Shown: positions 9,581 through 19,792, numbered from the stretch's first letter. The stretch: 36,537 nt of DNA from Bythopirellula sp. (GCA_041747595.1 JBGTEU010000137.1:1-36537), one strand, 5' to 3'. Program-made: numbers and translations. Notes: generated from the sequence alone by a model not told the origin.

Positions 9581-11169
9581 ATACGCAGATCCAACATCTT
9601 GCGGGCTTGGCTTGCGCCACCCTGCTAATGATCGCGACGTCCGCACGCGCGCAGGATTTCGAGAACCCCATCCTCGCGGGCTTTCATGCCGACCCCAGCA
9701 TTTGCCGCGTAGGGGATGATTATTATCTCGTCTGCAGTTCGTTTGAATATTTCCCGGGGGTCCCGATCTTTCACAGCAAAGATTTGGTCAACTGGCGACA
9801 CATCGGCCACTGTCTCACCCGCAAAAGCCAACTGCCGCTCGACAAAATGCGTGCCTCGGGGGGCATATTCGCGCCGACGCTTCGCTACCACGACGGAACC
9901 TTTTACATGATTACGACCAACGTGTGGGGAGGCGGCAACTTTTATGTCACCGCCAAGGACCCCGCCGGCCCCTGGTCAGAACCGGTTTGGCTCGACGTGG
10001 AGGGAATCGACCCGTCGCTGTTATTTGGTGACGACGGCAAGGCCTACTACTGCCGGCACGTTGGTGGCGAACGGGGTCATATCGGGCTGACGACCCTCAA
10101 TCTCGAAACCGGCAAGCTCGAAGGGGAGCTCAAAAACATCTGGGAAGGCACCGGCGGCGTTTGGGCCGAGGGACCACATATTTACAGGATCGACGGCAAG
10201 TATTATTTAATGATTTCCGAGGGAGGCACGAGCTACAACCACTGCGTGACGATTGCTCGCAGTGATTCCCCCTGGGGACCATATGAAGCGAACCCCAAGA
10301 ATCCGATTCTCACGCATCGCGGCCAGCCCGAGCGACCCATCCAAGCGGTGGGACATTCCGATTTCGTGGATACGCCGGCAGGCTGGTGGATGGTTTGTCT
10401 TGGCATTCGTCCGCAGGGGGGGCCGCTGCATCACATTGGCCGCGAAACATTTCTTACCCCGGTGAGTTGGTCCGCTGACGGCTGGCCGGTTGTGAACGAC
10501 GGCAAGGGCCTTGAGCTTACGATGCCTTCGCCCGACTTGCCGGCACATCCTTGGGAGGCACTTCCCGAGCGCGATGATTTCGACAAAAAGGAACTTGGTT
10601 TCTGCTGGAATTACCTGCGCAACCCAGTTGAGGAAAATTATTCGCTCTCCGCACGCCCAGGTTTTCTGCGGCTTCAAGGAACGGCCGTAAAACTCACGGC
10701 CGTGGATTCCCCCACCTTTGTCGGCCGCAAGCAAACGGGACTTTCTTGCAAAGCAACCGCCGCGCTCGATTTCACGCCTCAAACGGAAAACCAGGAAGCC
10801 GGCTTGGTCGTGCGGGGCAACGATGAGAACCATTTCGTGTTGGGTGTGACGCTCCGCGAGGGAAAGCGGCAAATTTTTTGCCGTCAAGTCCTCAAAGGAA
10901 AAACGGTTGAGCCGATTACGTACACAGATCTTTCCGAGGGATCCGTGGAATTAACCATTGATGCGAAGCCCAACCAATATGAATTCTTTTATCTGGCTGC
11001 CGACGGCGTGCCACAAAGCCTCGGCATCGCCAGTGCGCAAGACCTGGCCACGGAGAAAATCGGCGGTTTTACCGGCGCCTACATTGGCATCTTCGCCACT
11101 AGCGACGACAAAACAGCTACCGCGCCGGCGGATTTCGATTGGTTCGATTACAAAGTTATCGAGAAATAA
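9577..11169 (+). CDS. GH43 beta-xylosidase/alpha-L-arabinofuranosidase with C-terminal concanavalin-like domain, secreted
   Basis: NPILAGFHADPSICRVGDDYYL, IDPSL, WAEGPHIY and GGFTGAYIG motifs; ATGA overlap with the GH10 stop. Confidence 0.93.
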   Translation: MNTQIQHLAGLACATLLMIATSARAQDFENPILAGFHADPSICRVGDDYYLVCSSFEYFPGVPIFHSKDLVNWRHIGHCLTRKSQLPLDKMRASGGIFAPTLRYHDGTFYMITTNVWGGGNFYVTAKDPAGPWSEPVWLDVEGIDPSLLFGDDGKAYYCRHVGGERGHIGLTTLNLETGKLEGELKNIWEGTGGVWAEGPHIYRIDGKYYLMISEGGTSYNHCVTIARSDSPWGPYEANPKNPILTHRGQPERPIQAVGHSDFVDTPAGWWMVCLGIRPQGGPLHHIGRETFLTPVSWSADGWPVVNDGKGLELTMPSPDLPAHPWEALPERDDFDKKELGFCWNYLRNPVEENYSLSARPGFLRLQGTAVKLTAVDSPTFVGRKQTGLSCKATAALDFTPQTENQEAGLVVRGNDENHFVLGVTLREGKRQIFCRQVLKGKTVEPITYTDLSEGSVELTIDAKPNQYEFFYLAADGVPQSLGIASAQDLATEKIGGFTGAYIGIFATSDDKTATAPADFDWFDYKVIEK

Positions 11170-11212
11170 TTTACTCGCATTGCGATACATACCTTAACCA
11201 CAACTTGAAACT

Positions 11213-13510
11213 ATGACCTCAAAAACTGAGACCTATCCGTATCAAAACGCCGAACTCCCCTTTGCCGACCGCGTCGCCGATTTGCTTTCACAAATGACTC
11301 TCGACGAAAAAGCCGCCCAAATGGTGTGCATTTGGAACAAAAAGGCCGAGATGCTGCTCGACGAACAAGGGAATTTCGACGAGGCCAAGGCGCGGGACAA
11401 CTTCGGCCACGGCAACGGCCTGGGGCAAGTCGGTCGGCCCAGCGATTCCGGCGGCGGTAAGAACGCCCGCGACATGGCAGAGCTCACCAACACAATTCAG
11501 CGATTCTTCGTCGAAAACTCGCGGCTCGGGATTCCGGAACTTTTCCACGAAGAATGTTTGCACGGGCATGCAGGGATCGATTCCACGAGCTTCTCGCAAC
11601 CAATTGGCTTGGGAGCCACGTTTGATCCCGACTTGGTGGAGCGTCTCTTCACGATGACCGCTGCCGAGGTGCGTGCCCGAGGAGCACAACAAGCACTCAC
11701 TCCCGTGGTCGACGTCGCGCGTGATCCTCGTTGGGGTCGGGTGGAAGAAACTTACGGAGAAGATCCCCATTTGAATGCCACTCTTGGCGTGGCCGCCGTC
11801 AAGGGATTTCAAGGCGACGGTAAATTCAAGGACAAAAAGCGCGTGATCGCCACGCTCAAACACTTCGCCGCCCACGGTCAACCCGAATCCGGCAACAACT
11901 GCGCGCCCGTTAGTATTTCGGAACGACATCTCCGCGAGACCTTCCTTTCCACGTTCAAGAAAGCACTGAAAGAGGGGGGAGCGATCAGCGTGATGGCCTC
12001 TTACAACGAAATCGACGGCGTTCCCTCGCATGCAAGCCGCTGGCTGCTTCGCGACGTGCTGCGCAAGGAATGGGGCTTCCAGGGTTTTGTTGTTTCTGAT
12101 TATTACGCGATCCGAGAGCTCGCCGAGCGGCCCGAACTTTATGGCCACCATGTGGCGAAGGACGGCAAAGAGGCCGCCTATTTGGCAGTCAAGGCGGGAG
12201 TGAATATCGAACTCCCCGAACCCGATTGCTACAACCATCTCGTTGAACTCGTGCAAGAAGGCACGCTCGCTGAAAGCGAACTCGATGAGTTGTTGGCCCC
12301 GATGCTTGAATACAAATTCAAGCTCGGCATGTTTGAAGACCCTTATACCGATCCTGCCGAGGCGGAACGCATCGTTGGTTGCGAGGAACACAGTCAATTG
12401 GCTTTGGAAGCTGCCCGCAAGACAATCACACTGTTGAAAAATGATTCCGACAATGCACCGCTCGATCTCGCAAAGATCAAATCGCTTGCGGTGATTGGGC
12501 CCAATGCCGACCGTGTTTTGCTTGGAGGTTACAGCGGCAGACCGAAACACGCTACGACGGTCGTCGAAGGAATACGCAACCGCGTGGGCGATTCGGCCAA
12601 GGTGCTCTACCACGAAGGCTGCAAGATCACGGTTGGCGGATCGTGGTGGATCGACGAAGTCGTTCCCGGCGACCCGGCTGAGGATCGCAAAAGCATTGCC
12701 GAGGCCGTTGAAGTCTCGCGACAGGCGGAAGTGATTATCCTGGCCCTGGGGGGCAACGAGCAAACTTCCCGCGAGGCGTGGATGGGTAATCATTTGGGGG
12801 ACCGCACATCCCTCGATTTATTCGGCCGGCAAGACGAATTGATTGATGAATTGGCCAAGTTGGGTAAACCGATCATTGCGCTCGTATTCGGCGGTCGACC
12901 GCTCTCGATTCGCAATCTTACTGAGAAGGCGAACACAGTATTTCAATGTTGGTACATGGGGCAAGCCACGGGTGAAGCCGTCGCCGAAGCGATCTTTGGC
13001 GATTTCAATCCGGGCGGCAAACTGCCCATTTCGATTCCTCGCTCTGTAGGTCATGTCCCCGTGTACTACAATTACCGGCCTTCCGCGCGACGTGGTTATT
13101 TGCTCGACGACGTGAGCGCACTATTCCCGTTTGGCTATGGGTTGAGTTACACCAATTTCCGCTTCAGCCAGCCTCAGCTTGCCAAGTCGACCATCGGCAT
13201 CGGGGAGTCCACGCAGGTGACCGTCGAAGTCACCAATGCCGGTAAGCGAGTCGGTGACGAAGTCGTGCAGATGTATATTCGCGATCGCGTGAGCAGCGTC
13301 ACGCGTCCCGTAAAGGAACTCAAAGGGTTCCAGCGGATCACGCTCCAGCCGGGGGAAACAAAGAAAATCTCACTGGCAATTACTCCCGACAGCCTCGCCT
13401 GTTTCGACATCAATCTCGATTACACGGTCGAGCCTGGCGAATTCGAGATCATGGTCGGTAATTCCTCGCGTAACGAGGATTTACAGACAACCGTACTTAC
13501 GGTTTTGTGA
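11213..13510 (+). CDS. GH3 beta-xylosidase/beta-glucosidase with Fn3-like C-terminus, no signal peptide
   Basis: RLGIP, EECLHG, RDPRWGRVEETYGEDP, KHFAAHG, GFVVSDY, FPFGYGLSYT and ELKGFQRI motifs. Confidence 0.95.
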   Translation: MTSKTETYPYQNAELPFADRVADLLSQMTLDEKAAQMVCIWNKKAEMLLDEQGNFDEAKARDNFGHGNGLGQVGRPSDSGGGKNARDMAELTNTIQRFFVENSRLGIPELFHEECLHGHAGIDSTSFSQPIGLGATFDPDLVERLFTMTAAEVRARGAQQALTPVVDVARDPRWGRVEETYGEDPHLNATLGVAAVKGFQGDGKFKDKKRVIATLKHFAAHGQPESGNNCAPVSISERHLRETFLSTFKKALKEGGAISVMASYNEIDGVPSHASRWLLRDVLRKEWGFQGFVVSDYYAIRELAERPELYGHHVAKDGKEAAYLAVKAGVNIELPEPDCYNHLVELVQEGTLAESELDELLAPMLEYKFKLGMFEDPYTDPAEAERIVGCEEHSQLALEAARKTITLLKNDSDNAPLDLAKIKSLAVIGPNADRVLLGGYSGRPKHATTVVEGIRNRVGDSAKVLYHEGCKITVGGSWWIDEVVPGDPAEDRKSIAEAVEVSRQAEVIILALGGNEQTSREAWMGNHLGDRTSLDLFGRQDELIDELAKLGKPIIALVFGGRPLSIRNLTEKANTVFQCWYMGQATGEAVAEAIFGDFNPGGKLPISIPRSVGHVPVYYNYRPSARRGYLLDDVSALFPFGYGLSYTNFRFSQPQLAKSTIGIGESTQVTVEVTNAGKRVGDEVVQMYIRDRVSSVTRPVKELKGFQRITLQPGETKKISLAITPDSLACFDINLDYTVEPGEFEIMVGNSSRNEDLQTTVLTVL

Positions 13511-13600
13511 TTTCAGGCACCAGTAGAGCGATATTGCTTGAAATGAGCGTGCTTTGCCAGCTCCCAGCAATCTGCATATCGGTATTACGTTAAAAAGTTA

Positions 13601-13646
13601 TGTAAATACGCAAGTGTGTTGACAGCGACTCACTCATAACGATAGT
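13601..13646 (+). promoter_or_regulatory. Candidate promoter with operator-like motif
   Basis: TGTAAATACGCAA (13601-13613) resembles the motif upstream of uxuA. A perfect TTGACA is at 13619-13624, and a weak -10 GATAGT at 13641-13646 (16-bp spacer). Confidence 0.4.
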
Positions 13647-13648
13647 CA

Positions 13649-14095
13649 GAGGTGTGAATAGACTTGCCGACGAAGCTTTGGAATTTCGTCCGCACTATTC
13701 TTGGTGCCGGAGGTGCTGTTCCACGTAGTGACCCACATTGAATGGTCGGATTATGTACGCCGACCTGATTTTCACTACTGGGAACGTTTTCCGTGGCGCG
13801 ATCTTCTTGGAGATCGAGTTCAGCGGCTTAACTTCTGGTAAGGCGTAACTGATCAATTTGCCTTCCTAGAGCCATGCGTTGATGTCTGCCGGGCCTGAGT
13901 TTGCCGATGCAGTGACGTTGTGACGTTTATGCATGGGCCCGCTCGGGCGATCCTAACAATTGTGTCGCGATCAACTTCCCTGACACCTCGTACTTGAACG
14001 GCCAGGTTCAGTGATTCTTTTCATATTCTGACTGGCCGGCATGATACTTAGTCGCCATTCTGATTAAAGATGAGCGCGCGACTTCTCGTCATCAG
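13649..14095 (+). ncRNA. Candidate large structured non-coding RNA or long structured leader, family unknown
   Basis: No ORF of 60 aa or more. Several stacked stems with G-U pairs favouring the + strand, plus a long-range GAGGTGT/ACACCTC closing stem. Confidence 0.4.
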
Positions 14096-14169
14096 TCTAG
14101 TTAGAAACAAGTGGCTGTTGCATTCGTTTGATGGGCATTCTTCATCGATAGAATAATTTAATGTTGACT

Positions 14170-14198
14170 TTGCGAATGCCTGGCCGTGGCCTTATAAT
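14170..14198 (+). promoter_or_regulatory. Sigma70-type promoter for the XylR-type regulator
   Basis: TTGCGA (14170-14175), 17-bp spacer, TATAAT (14193-14198); 50 bp upstream of ATG 14249. Confidence 0.65.
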
Positions 14199-14248
14199 TT
14201 CTTCCCGCCTAGAAGTTTTTCTTCGCATCGCCGTGTGATCCGGATACC

Positions 14249-15411
14249 ATGCGCGAGATTCCCAAAGTAGCTCTCCTCGTCGAGACATCTCGCGGCTTCG
14301 GCCGTGATCTGCTCTGCGGCATATCACGTTATGCCCAACTTCACGGACCTTGGAGTTTTCACATTAAAGTGGGCGATTTCGAGCAGGCCCTGCCCCGCAT
14401 GAAGCAGTGGGGAGGCAGCGGAATCATTGCTGGTATCCCCAACGACCGAGTTGCCAAAGCAATTCTCGAAGCCAAGTTGCCTACGATTGCCTTGGGATTG
14501 TCAGACGAGCAGATGCAACCGGGAAGTCCTCTATGTGAGTTTTCGGAACTCAGTTCTGATCCCGTCGAAGTTGCTTCCCTGGCTGCGAACCACTTGTTAG
14601 AATGTCGATTTGGACATTTTGCCTACGTCGGAGTCGGTCGTGGTCGAAGCGCCGGGAACGCGAATTTGCCCTTCAGCTCCAGAAGTCGGGCTTTGTTCCC
14701 CATATCTATCAACCTCCCGAAAAACCTGCCGACCGCATCTGGGAAAGAGAACAAACATTAATTGTGGAATGGCTTCGAAAGTTGCCCAAGCCCGTCGGCC
14801 TATTTGCCTGCAACGATGATCGCGGTCGTGAAGTGTTGGAAGCATGTCGGCTGATGAATTTGCGAGTCCCCGAAGGCATCGCCGTGTTGGGTGTAGACAA
14901 TGACGAAGTGTTTTGCGGCCTAGCCTATCCTCCACTTTCCAGCGTGGCCTTAAATGGCGAAACCGCCGGCTACCGCGCCGCGGAACTTCTCGATGGCATG
15001 ATGCACGGTTTGATTCCCAAACCACGACGAATTCAAGTTGAGGCGTTGGGCGTGGTAACTCGTCGTTCAACGGATATTGTTGCCGTGGAGGATGAGGACG
15101 TCGCTTCAGCCCTTCAGTACATCCATCGCGAACAAGGCCGCAACATTTCGGTCGAGAGCGTAGTGCAAGAAGTCGCCGTTTCTCGACGTAACTTGGAAAA
15201 GCGGTTCCGCGACACGATTGGCCGCACAATTCTTGAGGAGATTCAAATCACGCGACTGGAGCGAGCCAAGAGGCTCTTATTGGAAACGACTTATCCGGTC
15301 TCAAAAGTCGCGGAACTTGCGGGTTTCGGCACGACAGGCTATTTTATTCAGTTCTTTCAAAACCGTGTGGGAAAGACTCCTCGGAAGTACCGCACGGAGC
15401 TTTCGACGTGA
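14249..15411 (+). pseudogene. xylR: XylR-type transcriptional regulator (LacI-like sugar-binding domain plus AraC HTH), frameshifted near 14635
   Basis: ORF 14249 gives the N-terminal half (KVALLVETSRGFGRDLLCGI...HFAYVG). ORF 14602 in another frame gives the rest (RSWSKRRE...LFACNDDRG...VLGVDND...VSRRNLEKRF...GKTPRKYR). Confidence 0.85.
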
Positions 15412-15509
15412 TGCACCGTGTGTTTTCCAGCCAACTATTTTGCTTACGACGCAAGATGACGCTTTAGCAGGCTAAAAGTCATTTTGCGGAACGAACATGA
15501 GCTCCCCGC

Positions 15510-16247
15510 ATGGTCTTTCCTATCGGCGACGACAACACCGGCCGAACTTCTTTTCCCATAATTAACATTGCGTTGATCGTGGCGAATGTTCTCGTGTTTG
15601 TTATCCTGCAAGGCCTGGGAAGCAACGACCGCTTTACGTTTGCCTTTTCCACCGTACCGGCTGAAATTCTCTCGGGCAGCGACATCGTATCCGCCGACCG
15701 GGTCGTTCAGATGGAGACCGTCGTCGGCGTCCAAGAGGTCCGCATTCCGGGGCTCCAAGAAACGCCGATTCCCGTCTATTTGACGCTGCTGACTTCCATG
15801 TTCATGCATGGGGGAATCGCCCACTTGCTGGGTAATATGTGGTTCTTGTGGATCTTCGGCGACAACATCGAACATGATCTGGGCAAGATTCGTTACTTGA
15901 TTTTTTATCTCACCACCGGGTTGTTGGCATCCCTCGCCCACGTGTTTCTCAACACTTCGGGCCCCTCTTCGCTAATTCCCAGTCTGGGCGCATCGGGAGC
16001 CATCTCCGGCGTGATGGGGGCTTACCTCGTCCTGCATCCACGCCGCCGCGTGGTCGTGTTGTTGCTACATTTCGTGACCGAAGTACCCGGCATCGTGGCC
16101 GTTGGGCTATGGTTTGTATTCCAAATTATCAGCGGAATAGGCATGCTTGGTGGCGAGGATACCGGCGTCGCTTATGGCGCCCACATTGGCGGCTTCATCG
16201 CGGGAGCCGTGCTGGCCAAGCCGTTTGCCGCCCGCTTCACGCGGTAA
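15510..16247 (+). CDS. Rhomboid family intramembrane serine protease
   Basis: MFMHGGIAHLLGNMWFLWIFGDNIE, GASGAISG (catalytic Ser) and AYGAHIGG (catalytic His). Confidence 0.93.
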   Translation: MVFPIGDDNTGRTSFPIINIALIVANVLVFVILQGLGSNDRFTFAFSTVPAEILSGSDIVSADRVVQMETVVGVQEVRIPGLQETPIPVYLTLLTSMFMHGGIAHLLGNMWFLWIFGDNIEHDLGKIRYLIFYLTTGLLASLAHVFLNTSGPSSLIPSLGASGAISGVMGAYLVLHPRRRVVVLLLHFVTEVPGIVAVGLWFVFQIISGIGMLGGEDTGVAYGAHIGGFIAGAVLAKPFAARFTR

Positions 16248-16251
16248 GGAT

Positions 16252-18165
16252 TCAGCGCTCATACGGCATCAAAATCTCATCCGGATTCAAATCGCTCAGG
16301 CCAGGGAACTTACCCTCGGCAATTGCCGCGCCAAGTTGCGTTACTTGCTTGAAGTAAGCATTCGACGGTCTCGCACCGATATGCTGCTGAATCAGTTCTT
16401 GGCACAACACATCCGCCGAATCGCGAATGATTTCGTCGCTTTGCTGTGCTCCGTAAAGAGACGTGCAAAGTATCGTGATGAGATTCTGGCATCGCGACGA
16501 CAATTCCGCCATCCGGCACTGACGATCGGCCAGCGACAATTGAAACTTCATCATCGTGCTGGAAATCTCGAGCGACATCTCTTGCAAGGCGTTGCAGGCG
16601 AACTCCGCGTGGCGGGCCAAGGCACTTGGCATCGATGGCAACTGGCTTTTTGCCGTGGGTAACAACCGCTTCGCAACGAGCCACTTGAGATAGGGCATCG
16701 CGACGCTGCGCAAAGCCCACGCGTGGGCCGGATTGAGCAGATTTGGCTTCTTAATTCCCGCGGCGGCGAGCGCTTTGCCGACGGGCTCGAAATACGTTTT
16801 GCCATGGTCTTTGACGAGTGATTTGAAAAACGACATACCCCGCATTTCTCCCTCCCCCTCGTAGATGCAGGGAGCGAGATACTCATGTATGTTGTCGCCG
16901 AACAAATGGCCGTGCAAAAACGACCGTCCGCCGTGAGTTTTCATGAACAGCTCAACCGCCGCGCGTTTTTGAGCCTCGCTGCCAAAGATCTTGGCGATGA
17001 CGCATTCCATTTCCCCCCGATAACCTTGGTCAATCAGTCCGGCACACCAAGCCACCAGCGCGTCGCAAGCCGTGATGAGCCCGGCGAGTTGGCCAAGCCG
17101 TCGTTGCACCAACTCTCGCGTGGCAATCGGTGCGCTGTAAGTCACGCGGAATTGCGCCCAGGGGATGATGCTCGCCATCATGATCCGCATGGTTCCCGCC
17201 GCATTGGCACAGAGTGCGATCCGCCCCAGGTTCAAGCCGTGATAGGCAACGGTGAGCCCATCGCCCCGAGTCGGCATTAACAAATTCTCTGCCGGAACGC
17301 GAAAATCGCTGAACACGATCCCTTGATTGTACGTGTGCTTGAGCGCCCATAGGCCGTATTTGCGAAGTTGAAAATGTTCGTTTTCTTCCTTTGGCAATTC
17401 GACAATCAGCACGGCTGGTTTGTCGTCGATAAGGCACACGAGCCCAATGGTACGTCCGGGCACGATATTCGTGATAAACAGCTTTTCACCGTTCACGACA
17501 AACTCATCACCGTCCCGACGAGCCGTTGTGCGGAGGGCGGTAAGATCACTGCCCGCGCATGGCTCGGTGAGCGCGAACGCACTCAGCCGCGAACCGTCGG
17601 CGAGTCCCGGCAAGAATCGCTGCTTTTGCTCGGCGGTGCCAAAGGTTCGCACGGGGTCCACCGCTCCGATGCAACCATGCACCGAAGCAAGCCCCGCAAT
17701 CGTCGGATCGGCCATGGCCATCCGCGTGATAAAAGGCGCGAACGCGGCGAACGGTGTTCCTGACCCGCCGTATTCCTTATCAACCAGAAGCCCCCAATAA
17801 CCGGCGCTCGCTAAATCGGCGAGCACTGTGTCAGTGATCTTCCCGCTGGAATCCAAGACTGTTGCCGCTGCCCGATGCCGCGCGACAACCTCCACGGAGG
17901 CATCCATCACTTTCGCGATTTCTGGCGAGGCGCTTACCGTTTGGCTTTGAAAAAGCTCCACCGGCACGCCGCGCTCCCACACCGCACGATGGGCCGGGCT
18001 GCTGATGGTTTGGTACTGCTGAGCAAAGAGTTCCTCGACTTGATCGTCGGCCTTGTCGATCGCTCCCGTGCGGCGAGCCTCGTCCTCGCTCTTGCCGCCG
18101 AGCTTGAGCGCGGTCTCAGCAAATGAGGCTTCGTGCTCGGTACTTGGTGGTAAAGTCGATGACAT
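16252..18165 (-). CDS. Acyl-CoA dehydrogenase family protein (long, ACAD9/VLCAD-like)
   Basis: [35 protein letters not shown] and IYEGEGE motifs. Confidence 0.9.
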   Translation of the reverse strand: MSSTLPPSTEHEASFAETALKLGGKSEDEARRTGAIDKADDQVEELFAQQYQTISSPAHRAVWERGVPVELFQSQTVSASPEIAKVMDASVEVVARHRAAATVLDSSGKITDTVLADLASAGYWGLLVDKEYGGSGTPFAAFAPFITRMAMADPTIAGLASVHGCIGAVDPVRTFGTAEQKQRFLPGLADGSRLSAFALTEPCAGSDLTALRTTARRDGDEFVVNGEKLFITNIVPGRTIGLVCLIDDKPAVLIVELPKEENEHFQLRKYGLWALKHTYNQGIVFSDFRVPAENLLMPTRGDGLTVAYHGLNLGRIALCANAAGTMRIMMASIIPWAQFRVTYSAPIATRELVQRRLGQLAGLITACDALVAWCAGLIDQGYRGEMECVIAKIFGSEAQKRAAVELFMKTHGGRSFLHGHLFGDNIHEYLAPCIYEGEGEMRGMSFFKSLVKDHGKTYFEPVGKALAAAGIKKPNLLNPAHAWALRSVAMPYLKWLVAKRLLPTAKSQLPSMPSALARHAEFACNALQEMSLEISSTMMKFQLSLADRQCRMAELSSRCQNLITILCTSLYGAQQSDEIIRDSADVLCQELIQQHIGARPSNAYFKQVTQLGAAIAEGKFPGLSDLNPDEILMPYER

Positions 18166-18349
18166 GGCTCGAATTAACGATTAGAGAAAAGAAAGTGATT
18201 CCATAGAATTATACCCGCTTCTGGCATTTAGGTATGTTGCCGATTCTCGCAAAGAGCTTTATCATTTCTGCGAAGATTCCGATTAAAAGACCTGCGAGCC
18301 GTCGGCCCGCGGCTAATACCTCCCTTTTGCTACGTGAAGCCACTTTGCC

Positions 18350-19462
18350 ATGCACGATTCTCGCATCGACAAACTTGCCCATTTGCTGCTCGACCATAGT
18401 TGCTCGCTCAAAAAAGATGAGCGCATTTTGATTGAAGCGTTTGATTTGCCTGAGCCCCATCTGGTAACCGCCCTCATTGAAGGTGCCGCCCAGCGTGGAG
18501 CCGTGCCGATGGTGAGTATGAAAAACAATGCCGTGCTGCGGTCGCTCTATCGCACCGCGACCGAGACCAGCATGAAAGCCGCCGCGGAGTTCGAAGCCGC
18601 GCGGATGAAATCGGTGCAAGCCTATATTGGCATTCGCGGGGCCCATAACAGCAGTCAGTTTGCCGACGTTCCCCACGAGCGAATGGATTTGTTCCAACAA
18701 CATTGGTGGAAGCAGGTACATGGGGCGGTTCGTGTACCCGATACCAAGTGGGTCGTACTCCGCTACCCCACTGATTCCTTCGCCCAAGCGGCAAACATGA
18801 GCACGTCGGCGTTTGAAGATTTCTTTTTCGACGTTTGTACGGCCGACTACGTGGCAATGGGTAAGGCTCAGGAACCTCTCGTGAAGCGGATGGAAGCCGC
18901 CGATCGCGTGCGGATCACGGCCCCCGGCACGGAGTTGGAATTCTCCATCAAAGATATCCCCGTGGTCCCCTGCAACGGCGAGCGGAACATCCCCGATGGC
19001 GAGGTTTTTACCGCTCCCGTGCGGGAGAGCATCAACGGCGTGATTCGGTTCAATACGCAATCGCGATATCAAGGTCTTGTGTTCAGCGATATCGAATTTG
19101 AATTTCAAGACGGCAAAATCGTGAGGGCGGAGTCGAGCCATACCGAGCGCCTCAACGCGATCCTCGATTCCGACGAAGGGGCCCGCTACACCGGCGAATG
19201 GTCGCTAGGGACCAACAACTTCGTGCGGCATCCGATGCTCGATACGCTGTTTGACGAAAAAATCGGTGGCAGTTTTCATCTCACCCCCGGCCAAGCCTAC
19301 GAGGAAGCCGACAACGGCAACAAAAGCCGCATCCACTGGGATCTCGTGCTGATCCAACGAGCCGATTATGGCGGCGGCGAAATCTGGTTCGATGATGAGC
19401 TCGTGCGCAAGGATGGTTTTTTCGTGCCGGCCGACCTGCAGGGCCTCAATGCGGGGTTGTAG
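18350..19462 (+). CDS. Aminopeptidase, M29 (aminopeptidase II/T) family
   Basis: NIPDGEVFTAP, DEGARYTGE, LFDEKIGGSFHLTPGQAY and NKSRIHWDLV motifs. Confidence 0.92.
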   Translation: MHDSRIDKLAHLLLDHSCSLKKDERILIEAFDLPEPHLVTALIEGAAQRGAVPMVSMKNNAVLRSLYRTATETSMKAAAEFEAARMKSVQAYIGIRGAHNSSQFADVPHERMDLFQQHWWKQVHGAVRVPDTKWVVLRYPTDSFAQAANMSTSAFEDFFFDVCTADYVAMGKAQEPLVKRMEAADRVRITAPGTELEFSIKDIPVVPCNGERNIPDGEVFTAPVRESINGVIRFNTQSRYQGLVFSDIEFEFQDGKIVRAESSHTERLNAILDSDEGARYTGEWSLGTNNFVRHPMLDTLFDEKIGGSFHLTPGQAYEEADNGNKSRIHWDLVLIQRADYGGGEIWFDDELVRKDGFFVPADLQGLNAGL

Positions 19463-19577
19463 TCACCGCTAAGCCGCAAGCGGCGTGCTAGCAGTGCTGA
19501 TATTGTTCCATCCGCGGGACCTCGGCTATAACGGGACCTTTCCAAAATCCATCAGGCGGAAGAGAGGTCCACGAAAC

Positions 19578-19787
19578 ATGGTTCACGAATCCAAGCAACC
19601 CTCGGTACACATTACCGACGAAATGATTTCCGAGCGGGCGTACCAAATCTGGCAATCGCGCGGCTGCCCCCAGGGCGACGGCGGCAACGACTGGGAAGTC
19701 GCCAAACAACAACTCGAACGCGAAAGCCGCGGCGCGTTGGGTTCGCTCCGCCGCATCATCGCCCGCTTGCGGACCCGCGCGGCGTAG
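19578..19787 (+). CDS. DUF2934 domain-containing small protein
   Basis: ISERAYQIWQSRGCPQG...DWEVA signature; GAGG ribosome-binding site upstream of ATG 19578. Confidence 0.85.
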   Translation: MVHESKQPSVHITDEMISERAYQIWQSRGCPQGDGGNDWEVAKQQLERESRGALGSLRRIIARLRTRAA

Positions 19788-19792
19788 TTTTG

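Noticed and set aside
11288-12793. 501-aa antisense ORF opposite GH3, and similar long antisense ORFs opposite GH67, dnaK and clpB
   Set aside because: Shadow ORFs of GC-rich, codon-biased genes; no recognisable motifs.
13511-13521. 11-bp match TTTCAGGCACC also present near 31723
   Set aside because: Too short; expected by chance in 36 kb.
13753-13848. 31-codon ORF MYADLIFTTGNVFRGAIFLEIEFSGLTSGKA inside the structured spacer
   Set aside because: No clear RBS and the start is inside a predicted hairpin; a length this short is expected by chance. Cannot be excluded as a leader peptide.
13511-14248. Spacer considered as RNase P, tmRNA, SRP RNA, CRISPR array or a known riboswitch
   Set aside because: No GAGGAAAGTCC, tRNA-like ends, SRP GGAA loop motif, regular repeat-spacer pattern or riboswitch consensus found on either strand by eye.
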